Assembly (NCBI RefSeq): GCF_964355755.1 | Contig: NC_092680.1 | Coordinates: 11,470,001-11,534,000 of the forward strand | DNA: 64,000 nt | Reading direction: 5' to 3' | Source: Antedon mediterranea | Lineage: Eukaryota > Animalia > Echinodermata | In this document: one piece after another, positions 1 to 11,447 of the stretch | Layout: every line of letters starts with the position of its first letter | Position numbering within the stretch: position 1 is the stretch's first letter | Program-made: the position numbers and the translations under genes | The notes under the pieces: generated by a model | Database searches by the model: none | What the model saw: only the letters and a program-made list of their open reading frames with translations | Told to the model about the DNA's origin: nothing

Positions 1-2058
1 GGTCTAAAACGGTTTCTATTGTGATTTTAAGCACTTTGATGATTTTGTGTAACCAAGTTTCATCGAAATGTACAAAATGGTCTAAAACGTCTTTAAATGC
101 GATTTGAAGCTATTCTAAGTACTTTTGTGTTTTTATGTTAACAAGTTTTTTCGAAAATCACAAAATGGTCTAAAACGTCTTCAAATGCGATTTGAAGCTA
201 TTCTGTACACTTTGATGTTTTGTGTGAAAAAGTTTTGTCAAAATGCTCAAAATGGTCTAAAACGTTTTTAAAACGATATTAAGCTATTTTGTGCTCTTTG
301 ATGTTTTTGTGTAACCAAGTTTCATCGAAAATCACAACATTGTCTAAAACGTCTCCAAATGCGATTTGAAGCTTTTCTAAGCACTTTGGTGTTTTTATGT
401 TAACAAGTTTTTTCGAAAATCACAAAATGGTCTAAAACGTCTCCAAATGCGATTTGAAGCTCTTCAGTACACTTTGATGTTTTGTTTGAAAAAGTTTTGT
501 CGAAATTCTCAAAATGGTCTAAAACGTTTTTAAATTCGATATTAAGCTGTTTTGTGCACTTTGATGATTTGTGTGAAAAGTTTTAACGAAATGCTCAAAA
601 TGGTCTAAAACGGTTTCTAATGTGATTTTAAGCACTTTGATGTTTTTGTGTAACCAAGTTTTTTCGAAAATCACAAAATAGTCTAAAACGTCTCCAAATG
701 CGATTTGAAGCTTTTCTAAGCACTTTGGTGTTTTTATGTTAACAAGTTTTTTCGAAAATCACAAAATGGTCTAAAACGTCTCCAAATGCGATTTGAGGAT
801 ATTCTGAGCACTTTGGTGTTTTTATGTTAATAAGTTTTTTCGAAAATCACAAAATGGTCTAAAACGTCTTCAAATGCGATTTGAAGCTATTCTGTAGACT
901 TTGATGTTTTGTGTGAAAAAGTTTTGTCGAAATGCTCAAAATGGTCTAAAACGTTTTTAAATACGATATTAAGCTATTTTGTGATCTTTGATGTTTTTGT
1001 GTGAAAAGTTTTATCGAAATGCTCAAAATGGTCTAAAACGGTTTCTATTGTGATTTTAAGCACTTTGATGATTTTGTGTAACCAAGTTTCATCGAAATGT
1101 ACAAAATGGTCTAAAACGTCTCCAAATGCGATTTGAAGCTATTCTAAGTACTTTTGTGTTTTTATGTTAACAAGTTTTTTCGAAAATCACAAAATGGTCT
1201 AAAACGTCTTCAAATGCGATTTGAAGCTATTCTGTACACTTTGATGTTTTGTGTGAAAAAGTTTTGTCAAAATGCTCAAAATGGTCTAAAACGTTTTTAA
1301 AACGATATTAAGCTTTTTTGTGCTCTTTGATGTTTTTGTGTAACCAAGTTTCATCGAAAATCACAAAATGGTCTAAAACGTCTCCAAATGCGATTTGAAG
1401 CTTTTCTAAGCACTTTGGTGTTTTTATGTTAACAAGTTTTTTCGAAAATCACAAAATGGTCTAAATCGTCTCCAAATGCGATTTGAAGCTCTTCTGTACA
1501 CTTTGATGTTTTGTTTGAAAAAGTTTTGTCGAAATTCTCAAAATGGTCTAAAACGTTTTTAAATACGATATTAAGCTGTTTTGTGCACTTTGATGATTTG
1601 TGTGAAAAGTTTTAACGAAATGCTCAAAATGGTCTAAAACGGTTTCTAATGTGATTTTAAGCACTTTGATGTTTTTGTGTAACCAAGTTTTTTCGAAAAT
1701 CACAAAATAGTCTAAAACGTCTCCAAATGCGATTTGAAGCTTTTCTAAGCACTTTGGTGTTTTTATGTTAACAAGTTTTTTCGAAAATCACAAAATGGTC
1801 GAAAACGTCTCAAAATGCGATTTGAGGATATTCTGAGCACTTTGGTGTTTTTTTGTTAAAAAGTTTTTTCGAAAATCACAAAATGGTCTAAAACGTCTCC
1901 AAATGCGATTTGAAGCTATTCTGTACACTTTGATGTTTTGTGTGAAAAAGTTTTGTCGAAATGCTCAAAATGGTCTAAAACGTTTTTAAATACGATAATA
2001 AACTATTTTGTGATCTTTGATGTTTTTGTGTGAAAAGTTTTATCGAAATGCTCAAAAT
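1..2058 (+). repeat. 12-monomer higher-order repeat (1,029 bp), two consecutive copies
   Basis: Monomer lengths 78+88+87+87+88+87+86+78+88+88+87+87 = 1029. The distinctive ggtttctattgtg...gaaatgtacaaaat monomer starts at 1 and 1030. The same 1,029 spacing occurs at 22717/23746 and 51277/52306. Confidence 0.9.
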
Positions 2059-5000
2059 GGTCTAAAACGTTTTTAAAACGATATTAAGCTATTTTGTGCT
2101 CTTTGATGTTTTTGTGTAACCAAGTTTCATCGAAAATCACAAAATGGTCTAAAACGTCGCCAAATGCGATTTGAAGCTATTCTGTACACTTTGATGTTTT
2201 GTGTGAAAAAGTTTTGTCGAAATGCTCAAAATGGTCTAAAACGTTTTTAAAACGATATTAAGCTATTTTGTGCTCTTTGATGTTTTTGTGTAACCAAGTT
2301 TCATCGAAAATCACAAAATGGTCTAAAACGTCTCCAAATGCGATTTGAAGCTTTTCTAAGCACTTTGGTGTTTTTATGTTAACAAGTTTTTTCGAAAATC
2401 ACAAAATGGTCTAAAACGTCTCCAAATGCGATTTGAAGCTCTTCTGTACACTTTGATGTTTTGTTTGAAAAAGTTTTGTCGAAATTTTCAAAATGGTCTA
2501 AAACGTTTTTAAATACGATATTAAGCTGTTTTGTGCACTTTGATGATTTGTGTGAAAAGTTTTAACGAAATGCTCAAAATGGTCTAAAACGGTTTCTAAT
2601 GTGATTTTAAGCACTTTGATGTTTTTGTGTAACCAAGTTTTTTCGAAAATCACAAAATAGTCTAAAACGTCTCCAAATGCGATTTGAAGCTTTTCTAAGC
2701 ACTTTGGTGTTTTTATGTTAACAAGTTTTTTCGAAAATCACAAAATGGTCTAAAACGTCTCCAAATGCGATTTGAGGATATTCTGAGCACTTTGGTGTTT
2801 TTTTGTTAAAAAGTTTTTTCGAAAATCACAAAATGGTCTAAAATGTCTCCAAATGCGATTTGAAGCTATTCTGTACACTTTGATGTTTTATGTGAAAAAG
2901 TTTTGTCGAAATGCTCAAAATGGTCTAAAACGTTTTTAAATACGATATTAAGCTATTTTGTGATCTTTGATGTTTTTGTGTGAAAAGTTTTATCGAAATG
3001 CTCAAAATGGTCTAAAACGTTTTTAAAACGATATTAAGCTATTTTGTGCTCTTTGATGTTTTTGTGTAACCAAGTTTCATCGAAAATCACAAAATGGTCT
3101 AAAACGTCGCCAAATGCGATTTGAAGCTTTTCTAAGCACTTTGGTGTTTTTATGTTAACAAGTTTTTTCGAAAATCACGAAATGGTCTAAAATATCTCCA
3201 AATGCGATTTGAAGATATTCTGAGCTCTTTGGTGTTTTTATGTTAAAAAGTTTTTTCGAAAATCACAAAATGGTCTAAAACGTCTCCAAACGCGATTTGA
3301 AGCTCTTCTGTACACTTTGATGTTTTGTGTGAAAAAGTTTTGTCGAAATTCTCAAAATGGTCTAAAACGTTTTTAAATACGATATTAAGCTGTTTTGTGC
3401 ACTTTGATGATTTGTGTGAAAAGTTTTAACGAAATGCTCAAAATGGTCAAAAACGGTTTCTAATGTGATTTTAAGCACTTTGATGTTTTTGTGTAACCAA
3501 GTTTTTTCAAAAATCACAAAATGGTCTAAAACGTCTCCAAATGCGATTTGAAGCTTTTCTAAGCACTTTGGTGTTTTTATGTTAACAAGTTTTTTCGAAA
3601 ATCACAAAATGGTCTAAAACGTCTCCAAATGCGATTTGAAGATATTCTGAGCACTTTGGTGTTTTTATGTTAAAAAGTTTTTTTGAAAATCACAAAATAG
3701 TCTAAAACGTCTTCAAATGCGATTTGAAGCTATTCTGTACACTTTGATGTTTTGTGTGAAAAAGTTTTGTCGAAATGCTCAAAATGGTCTAAAACGTTTT
3801 TAAAACGATATTAAGCTATTTTGTGCTCTTTGATGTTTTTGTGTAACCAAGTTTCATCGAAAATCACAAAATGGTCTAAAACGTCTCAAAATGCGATTTG
3901 AAGCTTTTCTAAGCACTTTGGTGTTTTTATGTTAACAAGTTTTTTCGAAAATCACGAAATGGTCTAAAATGTCTCCAAATGCGATTTGAAGATATTCTGA
4001 GCACTTTGGTGTTTTTATGTTAAAAAGTTTTTTCGAAAATCACAAAATGGTCTAAAACGTCTCCAAATGCGATTTGAAGCTCTTCTGTACACTTTGATGT
4101 TTTGTGTGAAAAAGTTTTGTCGAAATGCTCAAAATGGTCTAAAACGTTTTTAAATACGATATTAAGCTGTTTTGTGCACTTTGATGATTTGTGTGAAAAG
4201 TTTTAACGAAATGCTCAAAATGGTCTAAAACGGTTTCTAATGTGATTTTAAGCACTTTGATGTTTTTGTGTAACCAAGTTTTTTCGAAAATCACAAAATA
4301 GTCTAAAACGTCTCCAAATGCGATTTGAAGCTTTTCTAAGCACTTTGGTGTTTTTATGTTAACAAGTTTTTTCGAAAATCACGAAATGGTCTAAAATGTC
4401 TCCAAATGCGATTTGAAGATATTCTGAGCACTTTGGTGTTTTTATGTTAAAAAGTTTTTTCGAAAATCACAAAATGGTCTAAAACGTCTCCAAATGCGAT
4501 TTGAAGCTCTTCTGTACACTTTGATGTTTTGTGTGAAAAAGTTTTGTCGAAATGCTCAAAATGGTCTAAAACGTTTTTAAATACGATATTAAGCTATTTT
4601 GTGATCTTTGATGTTTTTGTGTGAAAAGTTTTATCGAAATGCTCAAAATGGTCTAAAACGGTTTCTATTGTGATTTTAAGCACTTTGATGATTTTGTGTA
4701 ACCAAGTTTCATCGAAATGTACAAAATGGTCTAAAACGTCTCCAAATGCGATTTGAAGCTATTCTAAGTACTTTTGTGTTTTTATGTTAACAAGTTTTTT
4801 CGAAAATCACAAAATGGTCTAAAACGTCTTCAAATGCGATTTGAAGCTATTCTGTACACTTTGATGTTTTGTGTGAAAAAGTTTTGTCAAAATGCTCAAA
4901 ATGGTCTAAAACGTTTTTAAAACGATATTAAGCTATTTTGTGCTCTTTGATGTTTTTGTGTAACCAAGTTTCATCGAAAATCACAAAATGATCTAAAACG

Positions 5001-8000
5001 TCTCCAAATGCGATTTGAAGCTTTTCTAAGCACTTTGGTGTTTTTATGTTAACAAGTTTTTTCGAAAATCACAAAATGGTCTAAAACGTCTCCAAATGCG
5101 ATTTGAAGCTCTTCTGTACACTTTGATGTTTTGTTTGAAAAAGTTTTGTCGAAATTCTCAAAATGGTCTAAAACGTTTTTAAATACGATATTAAGCTGTT
5201 TTGTGCACTTTGATGATTTGTGTGAAAAGTTTTAACGAAATGCTCAAAATGTTCTAAAACGGTTTCTAATGTGATTTTAAGCACTTTGATGTTTTTGTGT
5301 AACCAAGTTTTATCGAAAATCACAAAATAGTCTAAAACGTCTCCAAATGCGATTTGAAGCTTTTCTAAGCACTTTGGTGTTTTTATGTTAACAAGTTTTT
5401 TCGAAAATCACAAAATGGTCTAAAACGTCTCCAAATGCGATTTGAAGCTATTCTAAGTACTTTTGTGTTTTTATGTTAACAAGTTTTTTCGAAAATCACA
5501 AAATGGTCTAAAACGTCTTCAAATGCGATTTGAAGCTATTCTGTACACTTTGATGTTTTGTGTGAAAAAGTTTTGTCAAAATGCTCAAAATGGTCTAAAA
5601 CGTTTTTAAAACGATATTAAGCTATTTTGTGCTCTTTGATGTTTTTGTGTAACCAAGTTTCATCGAAAATCACAAAATGGTCTAAAACGTCTCCAAATGC
5701 GATTTGAAGCTTTTCTAAGCACTTTGGTGTTTTTATGTTAACAAGTTTTTTCGAAAATCACAAAATGGTCTAAATCGTCTCCAAATGCGATTTGAAGCTC
5801 TTCTGTACACTTTGATGTTTTGTTTGAAAAAGTTTTGTCGAAATTCTCAAAATGGTCTAAAACGTTTTTAAATACGATATTAAGCTGTTTTGTGCACTTT
5901 GATGATTTGTGTGAAAAGTTTTAACGAAATGCTCAAAATGGTCTAAAACGGTTTCTAATGTGATTTTAAGCACTTTGATGTTTTTGTGTAACCAAGTTTT
6001 TTCGAAAATCACAAAATAGTCTAAAACGTCTCCAAATGCGATTTGAAGCTTTTCTAAGCACTTTGGTGTTTTTATGTTAACAAGTTTTTTCGAAAATCAC
6101 AAAATGGTCGAAAACGTCTCAAAATGCGATTTGAGGATATTCTGAGCACTTTGGTGTTTTTTTGTTAAAAAGTTTTTTCGAAAATCACAAAATGGTCTAA
6201 AACGTCTCCAAATGCGATTTGAAGCTATTCTGTACACTTTGATGTTTTGTGTGAAAAAGTTTTGTCGAAATGCTCAAAATGGTCTAAAACGTTTTTAAAT
6301 ACGATAATAAGCTATTTTGTGATCTTTGATGTTTTTGTGTGAAAAGTTTTATCGAAATGCTCAAAATGGTCTAAAACGTTTTTAAAACGATATTAAGCTA
6401 TTTTGTGCTCTTTGATGTTTTTGTGTAACCAAGTTTCATCGAAAATCACAAAATGGTCTAAAACGTCGCCAAATGCGATTTGAAGCTATTCTGTACACTT
6501 TGATGTTTTGTGTGAAAAAGTTTTGTCGAAATGCTTAAAATGGTCTAAAACGTTTTTAAAACGATATTAAGCTATTTTGTGCTCTTTGATGTTTTTGTGT
6601 AACCAAGTTTCATCGAAAATCACAAAATGGTCTAAAACGTCTCCAAATGCGATTTGAAGCTTTTCTAAGCACTTTGGTGTTTTTATGTTAACAAGTTTTT
6701 TCGAAAATCACAAAATGGTCTAAAACGTCTCCAAATGCGATTTGAAGCTCTTCTGTACACTTTGATGTTTTGTTTGAAAAAGTTTTGTCGAAATTTTCAA
6801 AATGGTCTAAAACGTTTTTAAATACGATATTAAGCTGTTTTGTGCACTTTGATGATTTGTGTGAAAAGTTTTAACGAAATGCTCAAAATGGTCTAAAACG
6901 GTTTCTAATGTGATTTTAAGCACTTTGATGTTTTTGTGTAACCAAGTTTTTTCGAAAATCACAAAATAGTCTAAAACGTCTCCAAATGCGATTTGAAGCT
7001 TTTCTAAGCACTTTGGTGTTTTTATGTTAACAAGTTTTTTCGAAAATCACAAAATGGTCTAAAACGTCTCCAAATGCGATTTGAGGATATTCTGAGCACT
7101 TTGGTGTTTTTTTGTTAAAAAGTTTTTTCGAAAATCACAAAATGGTCTAAAATGTCTCCAAATGCGATTTGAAGCTATTCTGTACACTTTGATGTTTTAT
7201 GTGAAAAAGTTTTGTCGAAATGCTCAAAATGGTCTAAAACGTTTTTAAATACGATATTAAGCTATTTTGTGATCTTTGATGTTTTTGTGTGAAAAGTTTT
7301 ATCGAAATGCTCAAAATGGTCTAAAACGTTTTTAAAACGATATTAAGCTATTTTGTGCTCTTTGATGTTTTTGTGTAACCAAGTTTCATCGAAAATCACA
7401 AAATGGTCTAAAACGTCGCCAAATGCGATTTGAAGCTTTTCTAAGCACTTTGGTGTTTTTATGTTAACAAGTTTTTTCGAAAATCACGAAATGGTCTAAA
7501 ATATCTCCAAATGCGATTTGAAGATATTCTGAGCACTTTGGTGTTTTTATGTTAAAAAGTTTTTTCGAAAATCACAAAATGGTCTAAAACGTCTCCAAAC
7601 GCGATTTGAAGCTCTTCTGTACACTTTGATGTTTTGTGTGAAAAAGTTTTGTCGAAATTCTCAAAATGGTCTAAAACGTTTTTAAATACGATATTAAGCT
7701 GTTTTGTGCACTTTGATGATTTGTGTGAAAAGTTTTAACGAAATGCTCAAAATGGTCAAAAACGGTTTCTAATGTGATTTTAAGCACTTTGATGTTTTTG
7801 TGTAACCAAGTTTTTTCAAAAATCACAAAATGGTCTAAAACGTCTCCAAATGCGATTTGAAGCTTTTCTAAGCACTTTGGTGTTTTTATGTTAACAAGTT
7901 TTTTCGAAAATCACAAAATGGTCTAAAACGTCTCCAAATGCGATTTGAAGATATTCTGAGCACTTTGGTGTTTTTATGTTAAAAAGTTTTTTTGAAAATC

Positions 8001-10925
8001 ACAAAATAGTCTAAAACGTCTCCAAATGCGATTTGAAGCTATTCTGTACACTTTGATGTTTTGTGTGAAAAAGTTTTGTCGAAATGCTCAAAATGGTCTA
8101 AAACGTTTTTAAAACGATATTAAGCTATTTTGTGCTCTTTGATGTTTTTGTGTAACCAAGTTTCATCGAAAATCACAAAATGGTCTAAAACGTCTCAAAA
8201 TGCGATTTGAAGCTTTTCTAAGCACTTTGGTGTTTTTATGTTAACAAGTTTTTTCGAAAATCACGAAATGGTCTAAAATGTCTCCAAATGCGATTTGAAG
8301 ATATTCTGAGCACTTTGGTGTTTTTATGTTAAAAAGTTTTTTCGAAAATCACAAAATGGTCTAAAACGTCTCCAAATGCGATTTGAAGCTCTTCTGTACA
8401 CTTTGATGTTTTGTGTGAAAAAGTTTTGTCGAAATGCTCAAAATGGTCTAAAACGTTTTTAAATACGATATTAAGCTGTTTTGTGCACTTTGATGATTTG
8501 TGTGAAAAGTTTTAACGAAATGCTCAAAATGGTCTAAAACGGTTTCTAATGTGATTTTAAGCACTTTGATGTTTTTGTGTAACCAAGTTTTTTCGAAAAT
8601 CACAAAATAGTCTAAAACGTCTCCAAATGCGATTTGAAGCTTTTCTAAGCACTTTGGTGTTTTTATGTTAACAAGTTTTTTCGAAAATCACGAAATGGTC
8701 TAAAATGTCTCCAAATGCGATTTGAAGATATTCTGAGCACTTTGGTGTTTTTATGTTAAAAAGTTTTTTCGAAAATCACAAAATGGTCTAAAACGTCTCC
8801 AAATGCGATTTGAAGCTCTTCTGTACACTTTGATGTTTTGTGTGAAAAAGTTTTGTCGAAATGCTCAAAATGGTCTAAAACGTTTTTAAATACGATATTA
8901 AGCTATTTTGTGATCTTTGATGTTTTTGTGTGAAAAGTTTTATCGAAATGCTCAAAATGGTCTAAAACGGTTTCTATTGTGATTTTAAGCACTTTGATGA
9001 TTTTGTGTAACCAAGTTTCATCGAAATGTACAAAATGGTCTAAAACGTCTCCAAATGCGATTTGAAGCTATTCTAAGTACTTTTGTGTTTTTATGTTAAC
9101 AAGTTTTTTCGAAAATCACAAAATGGTCTAAAACGTCTTCAAATGCGATTTGAAGCTATTCTGTACACTTTGATGTTTTGTGTGAAAAAGTTTTGTCAAA
9201 ATGCTCAAAATGGTCTAAAACGTTTTTAAAACGATATTAAGCTATTTTGTGCTCTTTGATGTTTTTGTGTAACCAAGTTTCATCGAAAATCACAAAATGA
9301 TCTAAAACGTCTCCAAATGCGATTTGAAGCTTTTCTAAGCACTTTGGTGTTTTTATGTTAACAACTTTTTTCGAAAATCACAAAATGGTCTAAAACGTCT
9401 CCAAATGCGATTTGAAGCTCTTCTGTACACTTTGATGTTTTGTTTGAAAAAGTTTTGTCGAAATTCTCAAAATGGTCTAAAACGTTTTTAAATACGATAT
9501 TAAGCTGTTTTGTGCACTTTGATGATTTGTGTGAAAAGTTTTAACGAAATGCTCAAAATGTTCTAAAACGGTTTCTAATGTGATTTTAAGCACTTTGATG
9601 TTTTTGTGTAACCAAGTTTTATCGAAAATCACAAAATAGTCTAAAACGTCTCCAAATGCGATTTGAAGTTTTTCTAAGCACTTTGGTGTTTTTATGTTAA
9701 CAAGTTTTTTCGAAAATCACAAAATGGTCTAAAACGTCTCCAAATGCGATTTGAAGCTATTCTAAGTACTTTTGTGTTTTTATGTTAACAAGTTTTTTCG
9801 AAAATCACAAAATGGTCTAAAACGTCTTCAAATGCGATTTGAAGCTATTCTGTACACTTTGATGTTTTGTGTGAAAAAGTTTTGTCAAAATGCTCAAAAT
9901 GGTCTAAAACGTTTTTAAAACGATATTAAGCTATTTTGTGCTCTTTGATGTTTTTGTGTAACCAAGTTTCATCGAAAATCACAAAATGGTCTAAAACGTC
10001 TCCAAATGCGATTTGAAGCTTTTCTAAGCACTTTGGTGTTTTTATGTTAACAAGTTTTTTCGAAAATCACAAAATGGTCTAAATCGTCTCCAAATGCGAT
10101 TTGAAGCTCTTCTGTACACTTTGATGTTTTGTTTGAAAAAGTTTTGTCGAAATTCTCAAAATGGTCTAAAACGTTTTTAAATACGATATTAAGCTGTTTT
10201 GTGCACTTTGATGATTTGTGTGAAAAGTTTTAACGAAATGCTCAAAATGGTCTAAAACGGTTTCTAATGTGATTTTAAGCACTTTGATGTTTTTGTGTAA
10301 CCAAGTTTTTTCGAAAATCACAAAATAGTCTAAAACGTCTCCAAATGCGATTTGAAGCTTTTCTAAGCACTTTGGTGTTTTTATGTTAACAAGTTTTTTC
10401 GAAAATCACAAAATGGTCGAAAACGTCTCAAAATGCGATTTGAGGATATTCTGAGCACTTTGGTGTTTTTTTGTTAAAAAGTTTTTTCGAAAATCACAAA
10501 ATGGTCTAAAACGTCTCCAAATGCGATTTGAAGCTATTCTGTACACTTTGATGTTTTGTGTGAAAAAGTTTTGTCGAAATGCTCAAAATGGTCTAAAACG
10601 TTTTTAAATACGATATTAAGCTATTTTGTGATCTTTGATGTTTTTGTGTGAAAAGTTTTATCGAAATGCTCAAAATGGTCTAAAACGTTTTTAAAACGAT
10701 ATTAAGCTATTTTGTGCTCTTTGATGTTTTTGTGTAACCAAGTTTCATCGAAAATCACAAAATGGTCTAAAACGTCGCCAAATGCGATTTGAAGCTATTC
10801 TGTACACTTTGATGTTTTGTGTGAAAAAGTTTTGTCGAAATGCTCAAAATGGTCTAAAACGTTTTTAAAACGATATTAAGCTATTTTGTGCTCTTTGATG
10901 TTTTTGTGTAACCAAGTTTCATCGA
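1108..10925 (+). repeat. 50-monomer higher-order repeat (4,309 bp), ~2.3 near-identical tandem copies
   Basis: The rare variant GGTCGAAAAC is at 1797, 6106 and 10415 (spacing 4309). Walking monomer starts from 1108 to 5417 gives exactly 50 monomers. Other private variants (gatctaaaac 4990/9299, gttctaaaac 5251/9560) share the period. Confidence 0.93.
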
Positions 10926-10937
10926 AATCAACAAAAT

Positions 10938-11447
10938 GGTCTAATACGTCTCCAAATGCGATTTGAAGCTTTTCCAAGCTTTTTGCTGTTTTTATGTTAA
11001 GTTTTTTCGAAAATCACAAAATGGTCTAAAACGTCTTCAAATGCGATTTGAAGCTATTCTGTACACTTTGATGTTTTGTGTGAAAAAGTTTTGTCGAAAT
11101 GCTCAAAATGGTCTAAAACGTTTTTAAATACGATATTAAGCTATTTTGTGATCTTTGATGTTTTTGTGTGAAAAGTTTTATCAAAATGCTCAAAATGGTC
11201 TGAAACGGTTTCTAATGCGATTTGAAGCTATTCTGTACACTTTGAAGTTTTGTGTGAAAAAGTTTTCTCGAAATGCTCAAAATGGTCTAAAACGTTTTTA
11301 TATACCATATTAAGCTATTTTGTGCACTTTGATGTTTTTTTTGAAAAGTTTTATCGAAATGCTCAAAATGGTCTAAAACGGTTTCTATTGGGATTTTAAG
11401 CACTTTGATGATTTTGTGTAACCAAGTTTCATCGAAAATCACAAAAT
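10938..11447 (+). repeat. Block of diverged monomer classes (ggtctaatac...ttccaagc 85 bp; ggtctgaaacggtttctaatgcg; tttatataccatatt; ctattgggatt)
   Basis: Six-monomer block with many private substitutions and a 3-bp deletion (gttaagtt vs gttaacaagtt). It recurs whole or partly near 13.7, 14.5, 26.8, 28.6, 40.5, 43.2, 44.0, 46.5, 49.4, 59.4 and 62.4 kb. Confidence 0.88.
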
